A DNA stretch of 32,000 nt from Zygophlyctis sp. KS116 (GCA_054661495.1 BAAFSQ010000101.1:1023-33022); one strand, 5' to 3'. Numbered from the stretch's first letter, positions 1 through 9,950 are shown. Notes: generated from the sequence alone by a model not told the origin. A program made the numbers and translations.

Positions 1-1779
1 TTTGAATAGTAAATTATATCGGGTGATTTTATGCATTGGTTTCACTAATAAGTCTGCCAGTTTGAGTTTACACAATAGTGAGTTTTTTTCACAATTCTAT
101 TTGATTTATAATGATATATTTTACCGATACAAACTCTACAAACTCTTCATTTTCGTATAAGCGCTTCAAAGCTCTAGAGGCATTGTTTTGATTGGAGCAA
201 TAGATTTTATATAAGAAGAAATCTTCAGTATTCATTTTATAAGCTTCAATCATCTTTTCTAGCTTTGTTATTCCCTCACTATTCTTCTGAATTTCAGCAA
301 ACGTTGCAGATATATCTTGGTGCAAGAGAACAATAGAATCTAAATTTGAGAAAATATTTTTAATAAGCTCTTCTTCAATGATTCCTAATTTCTTTAAAGG
401 TCGCATAAAGATCTATGATTTAAAACAAATTGATCACCTTGATAGTAGTCTTCATGTCTTCTGTGTATCTAGTCTCCGAGTCAAATATTTCGTTCATAAC
501 CTCCTCTAATTTATATATATGCTCCTCATTTAGAGTAAGAGAAGAGAATAACTCATTGGGATCGGTGGATGGCTCTGTAGGAAATTCTTTTGTTTTTCCA
601 TCACTATTCCTAGCGACTTTCACATCAACAATAGTGTTTGTGAGCTCGGAATTCCTAGCAATTAGTTTATAATCATCGTGATCTTTATCGATAATTAGAT
701 TCTTAAATTATAAAATCTTAAAATTACCAAAGATATTTGATTAGAGCCATTTTCATTCAATTGAACATTGTGAGTTAAGAAAGATTTGATCAAAGAATTA
801 GATAATGTTGACTTACGATTGGTGTTTTATCAATATCAGATAGATTATTGAGTTGATAGCCGCCGAGTATTTTTGTAAACATGGGATACATTTCAGCAGA
901 ACATTTACTCCTCAACATCAAAATTCTTTCACCAATTCTTTCATATACATTCTGGCTGATTACACTTTCTTCTGATAGTTAGAGTTTCAAGGCGGAATTT
1001 ACCTTTATCCTTGTGATACATTTGATAAAATACCGATTCCTGAAATTTGGTTCTTTTAATTACTGGACCACTGAAAACAGCTTCTGAATAGTCTACAAAG
1101 CTGCCGTGGTAATGTTTTGCTAATGTTTCATATACCAAAAGGTGTAGATCATTAAATAAGGACGGAGAAGCATTATTCAATGAATGTTTCAATTGTTTAA
1201 TAATCTGGGCAGGAGTTGGAGATCTTGGATCTGCAGAGAATTGAACTATTTCAGTAGATGTTAGAGTCAAATATTGTGAGATAATATTTTTAGCAATTTG
1301 CGGACGAGTATTTGTTGTCTGTAGATGGTAATCAGCAGCGATCTTAGTTAAATCGTATTCCAAAAACTACAATCAAAAGTTAAGATACTTACAAACAATG
1401 TCTGGTATTCAAATTGAGATAGAAATAATAAAAAATATAATCTAAATATGGGATCTGTCCAATAATCAATAAATTCGGACATTTCATTATTTAGCTTGAA
1501 ACAAGAGACTTTTGGGATGTTACTTTGACAAAGAGATTCAAACTCTTTAGAGTAAACATCTAGAATATGGAGAGATAATGATGATTTAGATCTAAAACAA
1601 ACATAATCTGGCAAATCATTCTTTCCACCTGATGACTTTCTAGATCTAATTGAAATAAAAGATTCCTGCTTAATATATCTTGATTCTGTAGTTGCTGATG
1701 CTGATCTTTTCTTTGATTTATAATCAGATTCTTTAAACGAGAGTTCAGTGTCCGAATGCGAAACTGGCCTCTCGTACAT
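1..1779 (-). CDS. RGS-like domain + Dbl-homology RhoGEF; 3' end runs off the window
   Basis: Probable ATG at 1779 (MYERPV). Introns at 1367-1392, 972-1002, either 791-816 (GT-TG) plus 702-727 or a single 702-816, then 413-437 and 97-124. DH motifs VMNEIFDSETRYTEDM, IFSNLDSIVLLH, YKIYCSNQ and LADLLVKPMHKITRYNLLFK. RGS-like segment DPIFRLYFLLFL...AKNIISQYL...LFNDLHLLVYETL. Confidence 0.8.
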
Positions 1780-1822
1780 TTCAATAATGTAAACAAATAG
1801 TAAGAAATTCAAATATTTTATT

Positions 1823-2474
1823 TTAAGAAGCGATCTCCATATTTAATGCAGAAGCATTATTAAAAGTCTTTTCATAGTGCGTGGACAGAAATTTAACTGA
1901 AATTGGAGCGCTTAATAAATTATTATCAATAAAGTTTCCAGAAAGAGTAACATCAGCATGGCGAATTTCTCCTTGACCAGTTAAAATACCTTGATTCCAA
2001 GTCCCAAATTTCTAAATTTAATCAAATATAAAGGTTTACACGACTCCCTGATCCAGAATAAGTATATTCTCCTTGACCATGTTTTTTATCATTATCCCAT
2101 TCACCGATATAATAATCACCATTGGAAAAAGTATATTTTCCCTGTCCTGATCTCTTTCCAAAAGCGAAATTCCCTTCATATCTTGATCCATCCGGATAAA
2201 TAAAAGTCCCTTGACCATGTCTTTGATTATCTGCATAATTCCCAATATAACGATGACCATTTTTCCATTTATAAACTCCATTCCCTGATCTTTTTCCATT
2301 AGCATAAGATCCAGTATAAACATCTCCATTGGGAAAAATATTTTCTCCCTGCCCATGTCTGTCTTGATTCTCATTGCGATCTCCAGTATAAACCTATCAA
2401 TTAGATATCTGCCTTATTACACCCAAGACTGGACCATCTTCTCTGCCTTCTGTATCTGAGCCTGCGTCTGACAT
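1823..2474 (-). CDS. RSPH1: MORN-repeat radial spoke head protein 1-like
   Basis: The ORF track shows the wrong frame. Spliced reading is MSDAGSDTEGREDGPVLG|VYTGDRNENQDRHGQGENIFPNGDVYTG..., with serial MORN repeats (YxGxWxxxxRHGQG). Introns 2394-2420 (27 nt) and 2012-2039 (28 nt). Stop TAA at 1823-1825. Confidence 0.8.
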
Positions 2475-2664
2475 TATTTACTGATACGTCATTCACTCGG
2501 GAAATTCAAAGCCGATCAGTCTATTCCTTGCTGGCATCATTAAGAAACTATTTATCGTCATTATAAACTATTCTTATTATAAGTAATCAGCATTATGCAT
2601 TAATGATTGGATCGAATCATTAAGCAACAATATCAAAAGTGGCACTTATAACCTAGAATTTAAT

Positions 2665-3314
2665 ATGTTTCCATTCTTCAAAGGCCGAAAAAAGGAAATC
2701 CCAGGATACAAACCTCTGTTTCTTAATGAGCCATTTCTCTCTGCAACTCTCGTCAATGGAAGTTTTAAGAAATTGGTTGCGTTACCTGAATTTATGGACC
2801 CAAATGAATGGTTTGCCGCCAATGTTTTTGATTTCTTCAATTATATAAATCTATTTTATGGATCGATATCTGAACATTGTACTTGGAAAGAATGTCCGGT
2901 AATGTGTGCAGGAAATACTGAATATCCATGGATAGATTCTTCAAAAAAGGCTCTAAAGATACCAGCACCTCAGTATATTGACTATGTATTTACATTTATA
3001 CAAAATATAACAAGGGAAGAATCAGTATTTCCTACTAAAGCAGGTAATTTTACAAATTTAAAAATATAGATACTGAATTTCCAAAAGATTTTTCAAATAC
3101 TATGAAATCAATCTTTAAGCAATTATTTAGAGTAATTGCACACATTTATCATTCTCATTATGATAAAATATTACATTTTTCAGGTGAAGGACATTTAAAT
3201 ACTTTAGCAGCACATTTCTTGGCTTTTTCAAAAGAATTTGATTTACTAGACAAGAAGGAATTAATTCCTTTACAAGAATTAATGGATGAATTTGAAAATA
3301 TAAAGAGAATTTAA
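2665..3314 (+). CDS. MOB2: MOB kinase activator, fungal Mob2 type
   Basis: KPLFLNEPFLSATLVNGSFKKLVALP, NEWFAANVFDFF, CPVMCAG, PAPQYIDY and FRVIAHIYHSHY. Intron 3044-3069 (26 nt) joins the two ORFs. Confidence 0.9.
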
Positions 3315-3339
3315 AAATTCTTAATAAAATTCTGTAAAT

Positions 3340-3687
3340 TTAACTAGACTCTTGCAAGAGTTGAGATGCAGCAAGAAACTCTTCAGAACTTGAAAATACT
3401 TCTGATTTAGACATTTGAGACACTAATTCTTGTAAATCTAAAATGGATTTTTCAAGTCTTTGTTTTACATCTGGAAACATATCAGTAGTTTCCTTTAAAA
3501 CTTCTTGTTGTTTTCTAATATCATGATCATCAGCGCCGGAATCTATTAAACCAGCGATTCTGGCTTCTTGATTGATTTTTTCTTTTTCATAAAATACTAA
3601 TTCTTTTTCAATTCTATGGAATGAGATGAAATTACAAGAGTACCGTTTCACAATTGAAGTCTTGATCTTTAAATCTCGTATGGACAT
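3340..3687 (-). CDS. TBCA: Tubulin-specific chaperone A (Rbl2/TBCA)
   Basis: MSIRDLKIKTSIVKR|IEKELVFYEKE...ADDHDIRKQQEVLKET. ATG at 3687. In-frame 30-nt intron at 3614-3643. Confidence 0.92.
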   Translation of the reverse strand: MSIRDLKIKTSIVKRYSCNFISFHRIEKELVFYEKEKINQEARIAGLIDSGADDHDIRKQQEVLKETTDMFPDVKQRLEKSILDLQELVSQMSKSEVFSSSEEFLAASQLLQESS

Positions 3688-3839
3688 TTTACAATTCGCG
3701 ATCAATAGACGCGAAACAGTGATACAAGCCAATGCAAGCAATACAAGCAATGGCTGTAATTGTCCACTCGCCAGACGCAATACGCAATACGCCAACACGC
3801 AAAACTGACAAACGACAACGCGAAACGGAAACTTTAAAA
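3688..3839. promoter_or_regulatory. Bidirectional promoter (TBCA/Lon) with short repeats and CGCGAAA sites
   Basis: 152-nt divergent spacer. ACGCGAAAC at about 3709 and 3818, CAAGC(C)AAT x3 at about 3725-3751, and repeated ACGC(A)AAT/ACGC at about 3775-3801. Confidence 0.6.
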
Positions 3840-6240
3840 ATGAAGGCTGATCTGATTAGATCTGATCTAATACTTTTTCCAGGTGTAACTGTAAATGTGT
3901 TTCCAAATTCTAAATTATTCCATATTCTTAAATCAAATGATCATGATGTTGTAGGAATTGTACCAGTTGATGGAGATTTAGAATGTGAATATGGATGTTT
4001 GGCTTCAGTCACTAGAAAAAATAGAGTTTTTATTCTCCAAGGAACTAAAAGATTCAAGATTTTAGATTGGGAAAATGATGTAATTCAAGTCATTGAGGAT
4101 GATCTAGATTTAAATGATAAGGAAATTATGGGACTATCAAGTCTTTTTAAAAATCAAGTTCAAGTTTTTGCAAAAATGTTGCATCAAGTTGCGCCAGAGG
4201 TTTCATCAGATATTTTATTTTTAGTAGAAAGGAAATCTCCTGTAGCGATTTTATTTCTATTTACATTCTTGATGGATGTAAAAAATGTAAAATTTCAGAT
4301 TTTGTCAAGTCAGGATCTCAAGTATAGTTTTGAGATTGGGTTGAAATGGATTGAAGATGCATTAAAGGATTTTAAAGTTGCTATTGTAAAGATCAAGTCT
4401 AAAATGGAAAATTCTAAAAGTACAGTGTCTGATGGTAAAAATGCTCAATCAGCAACAAGTACAACAGGCTCAGAATTAGAGGATTTGAAGGGGAAAGTAG
4501 AGGCTTTAAAACTTCCAGAAATTGTAATGAAGAGTGTAAAGAAAGATTTGGAGAGGTTATCAAGAATCAATCCTAATAATGCAGACTATCACGTCATTTT
4601 TTCATATTTGGAGTATGTTGTTGATTTACCTTGGGATACGTTGCCTTCAAAGGTTGATATCTTGGAAGCTGAAAGGATACTAGATGAGGATCATCAGGGA
4701 TTAGATAAAATTAAGAGGCGTATACTAGAATATATTGCAGTTTTTCAACTTACAAAATCTCTAAAAGGTCCCATATTATGTCTAGTTGGGCCTCCAGGAA
4801 CAGGTAAAACTTCTTTAGGTAAATCAATTGCTCGTGCTCTTGATAGGAAATTTTATAGAATTGCTCTTGGTGGTGTGAAAGATGAGGCGCAAATTAGAGG
4901 GCATCGAAGGACTTATGTTGGTGCCCTCCCAGGAGTAATTATTCAATCATTTAGAAAGATTGGCGTAAATAATCCAGTGATCCTCTTAGGTAATATAATA
5001 AGTTAATGAGATAGACGAAATTGATAAGCTGGGAACTGATGGGCGCTCTGATCCTACGTCTGCATTACTTGAAGTCCTTGATCCAGAACAGAATGAATCC
5101 TTTACAGACGCATATTTAAATTTACCATTTGATTTATCTAAAACTGTATTTATTGCAACTGCAAACGATTTGAATCAAATTCCAGAACCTTTAAAAGATA
5201 GGATGGTATGATAATTTTACTTAATTCAAAAGGAAATAATCAAAATTCCCAGTTATACTATTTTGGAAAAAGTTTCTATAGCAAAATCTCATCTTATTTC
5301 AAAACAAATTTCAATACATGGATTAAATCCTGAATATCAATCAGAATTTAGAGATTACTTGATTCATTACATTATAGAAAACTATACTCGTGAAGCTGGA
5401 GTCAGGGATCTGGAACGTCATATTGCTGCATTATGTCGATTCATTGTTATTGAAAGCTCTTTTACATCCAAAAAGCAAGAATTAAAACAAGATTTAATTG
5501 AAAAAGTTCTTGGGGTAATTTTATAGATTTTAATTGTAGCCTCCTCTATATTCAAATTTGAAGAAAACCATGACACCAATCATTGGCCGAGCCACAGGAC
5601 TTGCCTGGACCCCTGTAGGAGGTCAAGTCTTATTTATTGAATCCACATCAATGAAAGGCTCTGGAAAACTTTTTTTAACAGGTAACTTAAAATTCTAAAA
5701 AATCTAGGCAGCTTGGGCGACACAATGAAAGAATCTGCACAAATTGCTCTAACATGGATCAAATCTAATCTAAAATATTTCCCATCAGTACGTGAATTCC
5801 CATTCAAAGAGACTGATTTTCACCTCCACGTCCCATCTGCTGCAACCCCTAAAGATGGACCTTCAGCTGGAATAACAATCTTAATTTCTTTATTATCTCA
5901 TATCCTTGGAAAACCTATTATAAAAGACTTGGCAATGACTGGAGAGATTACCCTTTTAGGAGAAATCATGCCAGTTGGAGGAATCAGAGATAAAGTCTTG
6001 GCAGCAAAATCCATGAAAATTTCTACTCTAATATTACCAATCGACAATCAAAAAGATTTTGAATTAATCTCTGATATACGCGATTTATCAGTTCATTTTG
6101 TTGATAGGATAGAATCTGCGATACAGATTGCATTTGAATCTTCTTTTAAAGATCTAGAGCATCATGGAGAAGAAAATATCAAGAACCCCAATAGTACTCT
6201 CAAGACTCTAAATGATAAGGTTATAAATTGTAAATTGTAA
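3840..6240 (+). CDS. LONP2: Lon protease, probably the peroxisomal isoform
   Basis: Walker [24 protein letters not shown], Walker B ILL|DEIDK, catalytic PKDGPSAG and GGIRDK, C-terminal CKL (PTS1-type). Introns 4990-5014, 5206-5232, 5515-5539 and 5682-5707. Confidence 0.9.
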
Positions 6241-6274
6241 TAAAGTCTCTGAAATCGGAAATTTCCAAGACAAA

Positions 6275-6500
6275 ATGAATGGATTGGGAGATAAAAAGAT
6301 TCGCATGAATGAGCCAGCACCGATTTCTTTTTCATCTTACCATGGCCAATTAAGCGTATATATTTAATTTCTGATCATTATAGAACATGGGAATGAAATT
6401 TAGAAAATCTATTGCTGAAGGATATAAAACTTGTCAAAAAAAACATGATTCTACTCTACAATCTCCATCATCTCAACTAAAGAGAAAGAGAGATTCTTGA
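6275..6500 (+). CDS. Small Spd1/Dif1-family ribonucleotide reductase inhibitor-like protein (65 aa), absent from the ORF track
   Basis: ATG at 6275 in AAAATG context, intron 6356-6383 (28 nt, GT-AG), TGA at 6498-6500. Product MNGLGDKKIRMNEPAPISFSSYHGQLS|NMGMKFRKSIAEGYKTCQKKHDSTLQSPSSQLKRKRDS matches the HUG motif LxxVGMRxRKSVxxGYK. Confidence 0.8.
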
Positions 6501-6512
6501 AGAATTATAATA

Positions 6513-7154
6513 TTAAAAATCTCTTGATCCAGGCGGTCTTTCTTGTATAGATCTTGGTGGTATTCTATGAGTAATTCCCATTCCAATATCACATCCTAAT
6601 AATCCTTTTTGACCATTTCCCCAATTACTATTAGGAGTAACTAGAACTTGTCTCCAAGAATTATTTTTCGTGCTATAAACTCCAAGTGTAATTGTTTTAT
6701 CTCTAGATTCCTTGATTAAATCAAAGAATGATTCCTGATCGTTGAAACATTTATAATCCTTTGCATAAAATATATAATCTAAATCTGAAAGTCCTGCATT
6801 AGACGCAGGTGAATTATTTATTACTCTAGAGACATGAAAAACATGTTTAAATGCGTCTGATGGATTACAAAATCGTACTACAAGTCCTAAACTATTCCAA
6901 GAGGAAGGCAATTTAATTTTACGGATATCCATATCCCTGATATTCCTAAAAACTAGAATTATTTCTGAATTTTTCAATGGAGTTAATAAATCATTTAAAT
7001 CAAGATTTGAAGTTGTTGGAAAATCATTAATTCCAATTAAAAAATCAAAATATGGTTCAATTTTTAGATTATAGGCAATTGAATTACTTTTTACTTGTAT
7101 GACATGGTATCCCCCTTGACTGGGTTCATTAATAGTAGATTGTTCTTGGCCCAT
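6513..7154 (-). CDS. GRH1: GRASP55/65-family Golgi reassembly stacking protein
   Basis: MGQEQS start, GYHVIQVKSNS, EPYFDFLIGIN, HVSRVINNSPASNAGL and VTPNSNWG...LLGCDIGMGITHRIP (tandem GRASP PDZ domains). Intronless. Confidence 0.9.
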   Translation of the reverse strand: MGQEQSTINEPSQGGYHVIQVKSNSIAYNLKIEPYFDFLIGINDFPTTSNLDLNDLLTPLKNSEIILVFRNIRDMDIRKIKLPSSWNSLGLVVRFCNPSDAFKHVFHVSRVINNSPASNAGLSDLDYIFYAKDYKCFNDQESFFDLIKESRDKTITLGVYSTKNNSWRQVLVTPNSNWGNGQKGLLGCDIGMGITHRIPPRSIQERPPGSRDF

Positions 7155-7387
7155 GGGAAGTACTTTGGTAAGTACTTGACTTTATGTGATTTTTGGACTA
7201 GGCAATCCGGAATCGCGTAGTAAAAAGGTCAATTCTCGCGGTTTAAAAAGGACCAGGCATGGTTAATAAATATCTTGTTTCCAAAGAGAAAGCATAATGC
7301 ATCATAATGATAATCGCCGGAATATATTATGGACAGTTCTCGCTTGCAAATCAATTCACGAAATAAAGATATAGCTACCAAAATGTC

Positions 7388-8760
7388 TTATTCAAGCCTC
7401 TTTTCATTCAAATTTATCATCCCATCATTTAACAGTCTAGCCAGAATAAGCAGCCTTTCCTTTCCGATACGTCGATAATTTGCAATCTGTATATCTTCAG
7501 GGGCTCCAGTAAATTCATATCTCCAATTCGAATAGTTCTTGTATGGAACCTTGGTATTTGCAACATCATCTAAGATATGTCATTTTAATCATAATTACCG
7601 CTCATTTTGTTCAGTTCTACACCGATTTTATACTTTAGGTACTCCAACTTTACTTTCTTGTCAGTTGGTATTTTGCTTTTGATCGTTATTTTGCGTCCAG
7701 AATTTATGCTTTTAGATTCTTTTTGTCTAGCAGTTTTTGTAACATGCAAAAACTGATTATAACCTCCCATTTGACTAAAATTCAAAACGAATTTAACACT
7801 TGGAATAGAGCATTCATAGTTACCCTCTTTAAAACCATAGTTTTCCAATAAAAAGAAAAAAGGAATACTAAGAATGCTTAGAACCTACCAATCATCAAAA
7901 ACGATGTTATTACTTTAGTGATTTTCTTGGCCGTTTCTAAAATTCTATCCCTAATATCCACAAGTTCCTCTTCTTTCTCAGCTTTTTCTTTAAATTGTGC
8001 ATGGTCTGCATTTTTCCAAAGCTCCGCATAAATAGAGCAAAGGGATTTTTGATCATTCCTTTGACTTTTAATTTCTAAGGCGGCTATTTTTATTATTTTC
8101 ATGCTTACCCGGGGTAATTATTTGAACAAAGCAATCATATCCAGTTTTGATTCGACGTTTTTTAACAAATCTACCAAAGTTAAAGCTTTATCGTCCGAAA
8201 TGACCTTATCATCAACAACAGTGAAAGACATGAATCTCTCGCGGCCATTTTGACTTAAAAATTCATAAGCATAAGCTCGACTTTGTTCATTATTTACAAT
8301 TTGAGGCAATGAGCTTGAATCTAGCTTGCCGATAATTGTGAAAAACCCAAGCCCATTTATCAGCTTTCTAGTACATCTCCTATATTTTCTAGTTCATTCT
8401 TACAATGTTGTATTAAGTATTCTATGCCTTCATTAGATTTGATTGTTTTAATCTTGATCTCTTTGGCTTTTAATTTCCATGTGTTTTGAACAGAGATTGG
8501 GAGATTCTTCCATGCATTTGCTGAAATAACTCTTGCATTGACACCTTGAGCATTTTCTAGGCCTTTCATGTTTTCATTTCCAAATATATCTACAATATTA
8601 ATGATAACAATGTACCATATCTACACTCTTTGACAAACAGAGCATATCCAGTCAGCTTGAAAATTTCCCCGGGATTCATAGAGTTTTGATGTGTCCGATC
8701 TGTTACTTCATGAGCCGCATTGGCCACCGCAGAGCTCTCATACAATAGAACCTGACTCAT
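7388..8760 (-). CDS. Orphan protein with two HMG-box-like domains; two -1 frame breaks (possible pseudogene)
   Basis: ATG at 8760. Introns 8590-8615, 8084-8108, 7885-7913 and 7570-7598. Box 1 is KLTGYALFVKECR...ANAWKNLPISVQNTWKLKA; box 2 is KKRRIKTGYDCFVQ...AELWKNADHAQFKEKA. Frame breaks near 8365 and 8160. Stop at 7388-7390. Confidence 0.6.
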
Positions 8761-8935
8761 TTTCGATAAAATTTTCTTATCAATTCTCTTATTCAATTTG
8801 CTCAAAATTCGCGAAAATCTGCAAAATCCGCGACGCCAAAACAGTACAGAGCCCCTTTTTAAACCCCCAAAAATTAACCCTTACTCCCTCACATTCCGGA
8901 TTGTGCTCTCGAAATTATAGGCTCTTAAAGAAATA

Positions 8936-9950
8936 ATGGAACAATTCATGGAAATGACGGGTACTAAAGACCAGGGACTAGCAGAATTTTATATTTCTTC
9001 GGCAGATGGAGATGTAAATAAAGCCGTAAACATATATTTTGAGTCGGTAAAAGGATCTTCTAAAATTGCTACACTCTCTGGAAATTCAAAAATTCAAAAT
9101 CCAAATACATTCTTTGCCGGAGGAGATAAATCTGGTGTTTTACTTGAAGGGAATCCAGATAAGCCAAAACAAGATCTTGTAAAGGAAATAGTAAATTTGG
9201 CGTCGCAATCTAAATCTTTTGATGATGAATCGTCTACAGAATCTAGTTCACAATTTAAAGGAACTGGATTCAAGTTGGGAGCTTCATCGTCAAATCAAGA
9301 GTCTAAAAATGAAATTGTTGAAAAACAAGATGAAATTGTAAAATTTAAATCTTTAATATTAGGCTTCTAGAACTCTAACATTTTGGAAAAATGGATTTTC
9401 TATAGATGATGGGCCTTTAAGAGATTTTAATGATGCAGAAAATGAAGCGTTTTTAAATTCTATAAAAAATGGAATGGCGCCATTACAATATCTGAATTTG
9501 AAACCTGGGCAAAAAGTGGAATTGAAAATCGCACATAGATCTGATCAAGACTTTGAACCTCCTCCAAAAGCTCCAATGAAGGCATTTAGTGGTACAGGTC
9601 AACGGCTAGGTTCTATTGTTCCAGGAGCACCTCTAAATGCCACTACTAGCCTTGGTGCTTCTAGTCCAGAAAAGTCTCAAAATATTAAATTTCAAGTAAA
9701 TCAAGATGAACCGATAACTACTGTTCAAATTAGACTAGGAGATGGGACAAGATTGGTATTGAAATGTAATCATTCACATACGATAAGACATGTACGGGAT
9801 TTTATAATTGCCTCAAGACCTGGAGAATCAGCTAGATTGTGGATTTTACAAACAGTACATCCAGTTGTGGTTTTAGGAAATCTTGATCAAACGATTAAAG
9901 AAGCTGGATTACTAAATTCAGTGATTATTCAAAAATATATCAACGTTTAA
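8936..9950 (+). CDS. SHP1: UBA-SEP-UBX Cdc48/p97 adaptor (Shp1/p47)
   Basis: N-terminal UBA-like region, FFAGGDKSG, FKGTGFKLG, SEP domain LTFWKNGFSIDDGPLR, AFSGTGQRLG, and UBX domain TTVQIRLGDGTRL...TIKEAGLLNSVI. Intron 9338-9362 (25 nt). Confidence 0.93.

Noticed and set aside
2036-2374. 112-aa ORF in the track
   Set aside because: It is an alternative frame of the MORN-repeat exon, and its repetitiveness mirrors the real protein.
3732-3839. N-terminal extensions of the Lon (from 3732) and TBCA (from 3798) ORFs
   Set aside because: They run through the shared repeat-rich promoter. The recognisable proteins start at 3840 and 3687, in AAAATG contexts.
8389-8403. 15-nt GTAAG...CTAG intron in the HMG gene
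   Set aside because: It is below the observed size range, and as a 3n intron it would not repair the frame.
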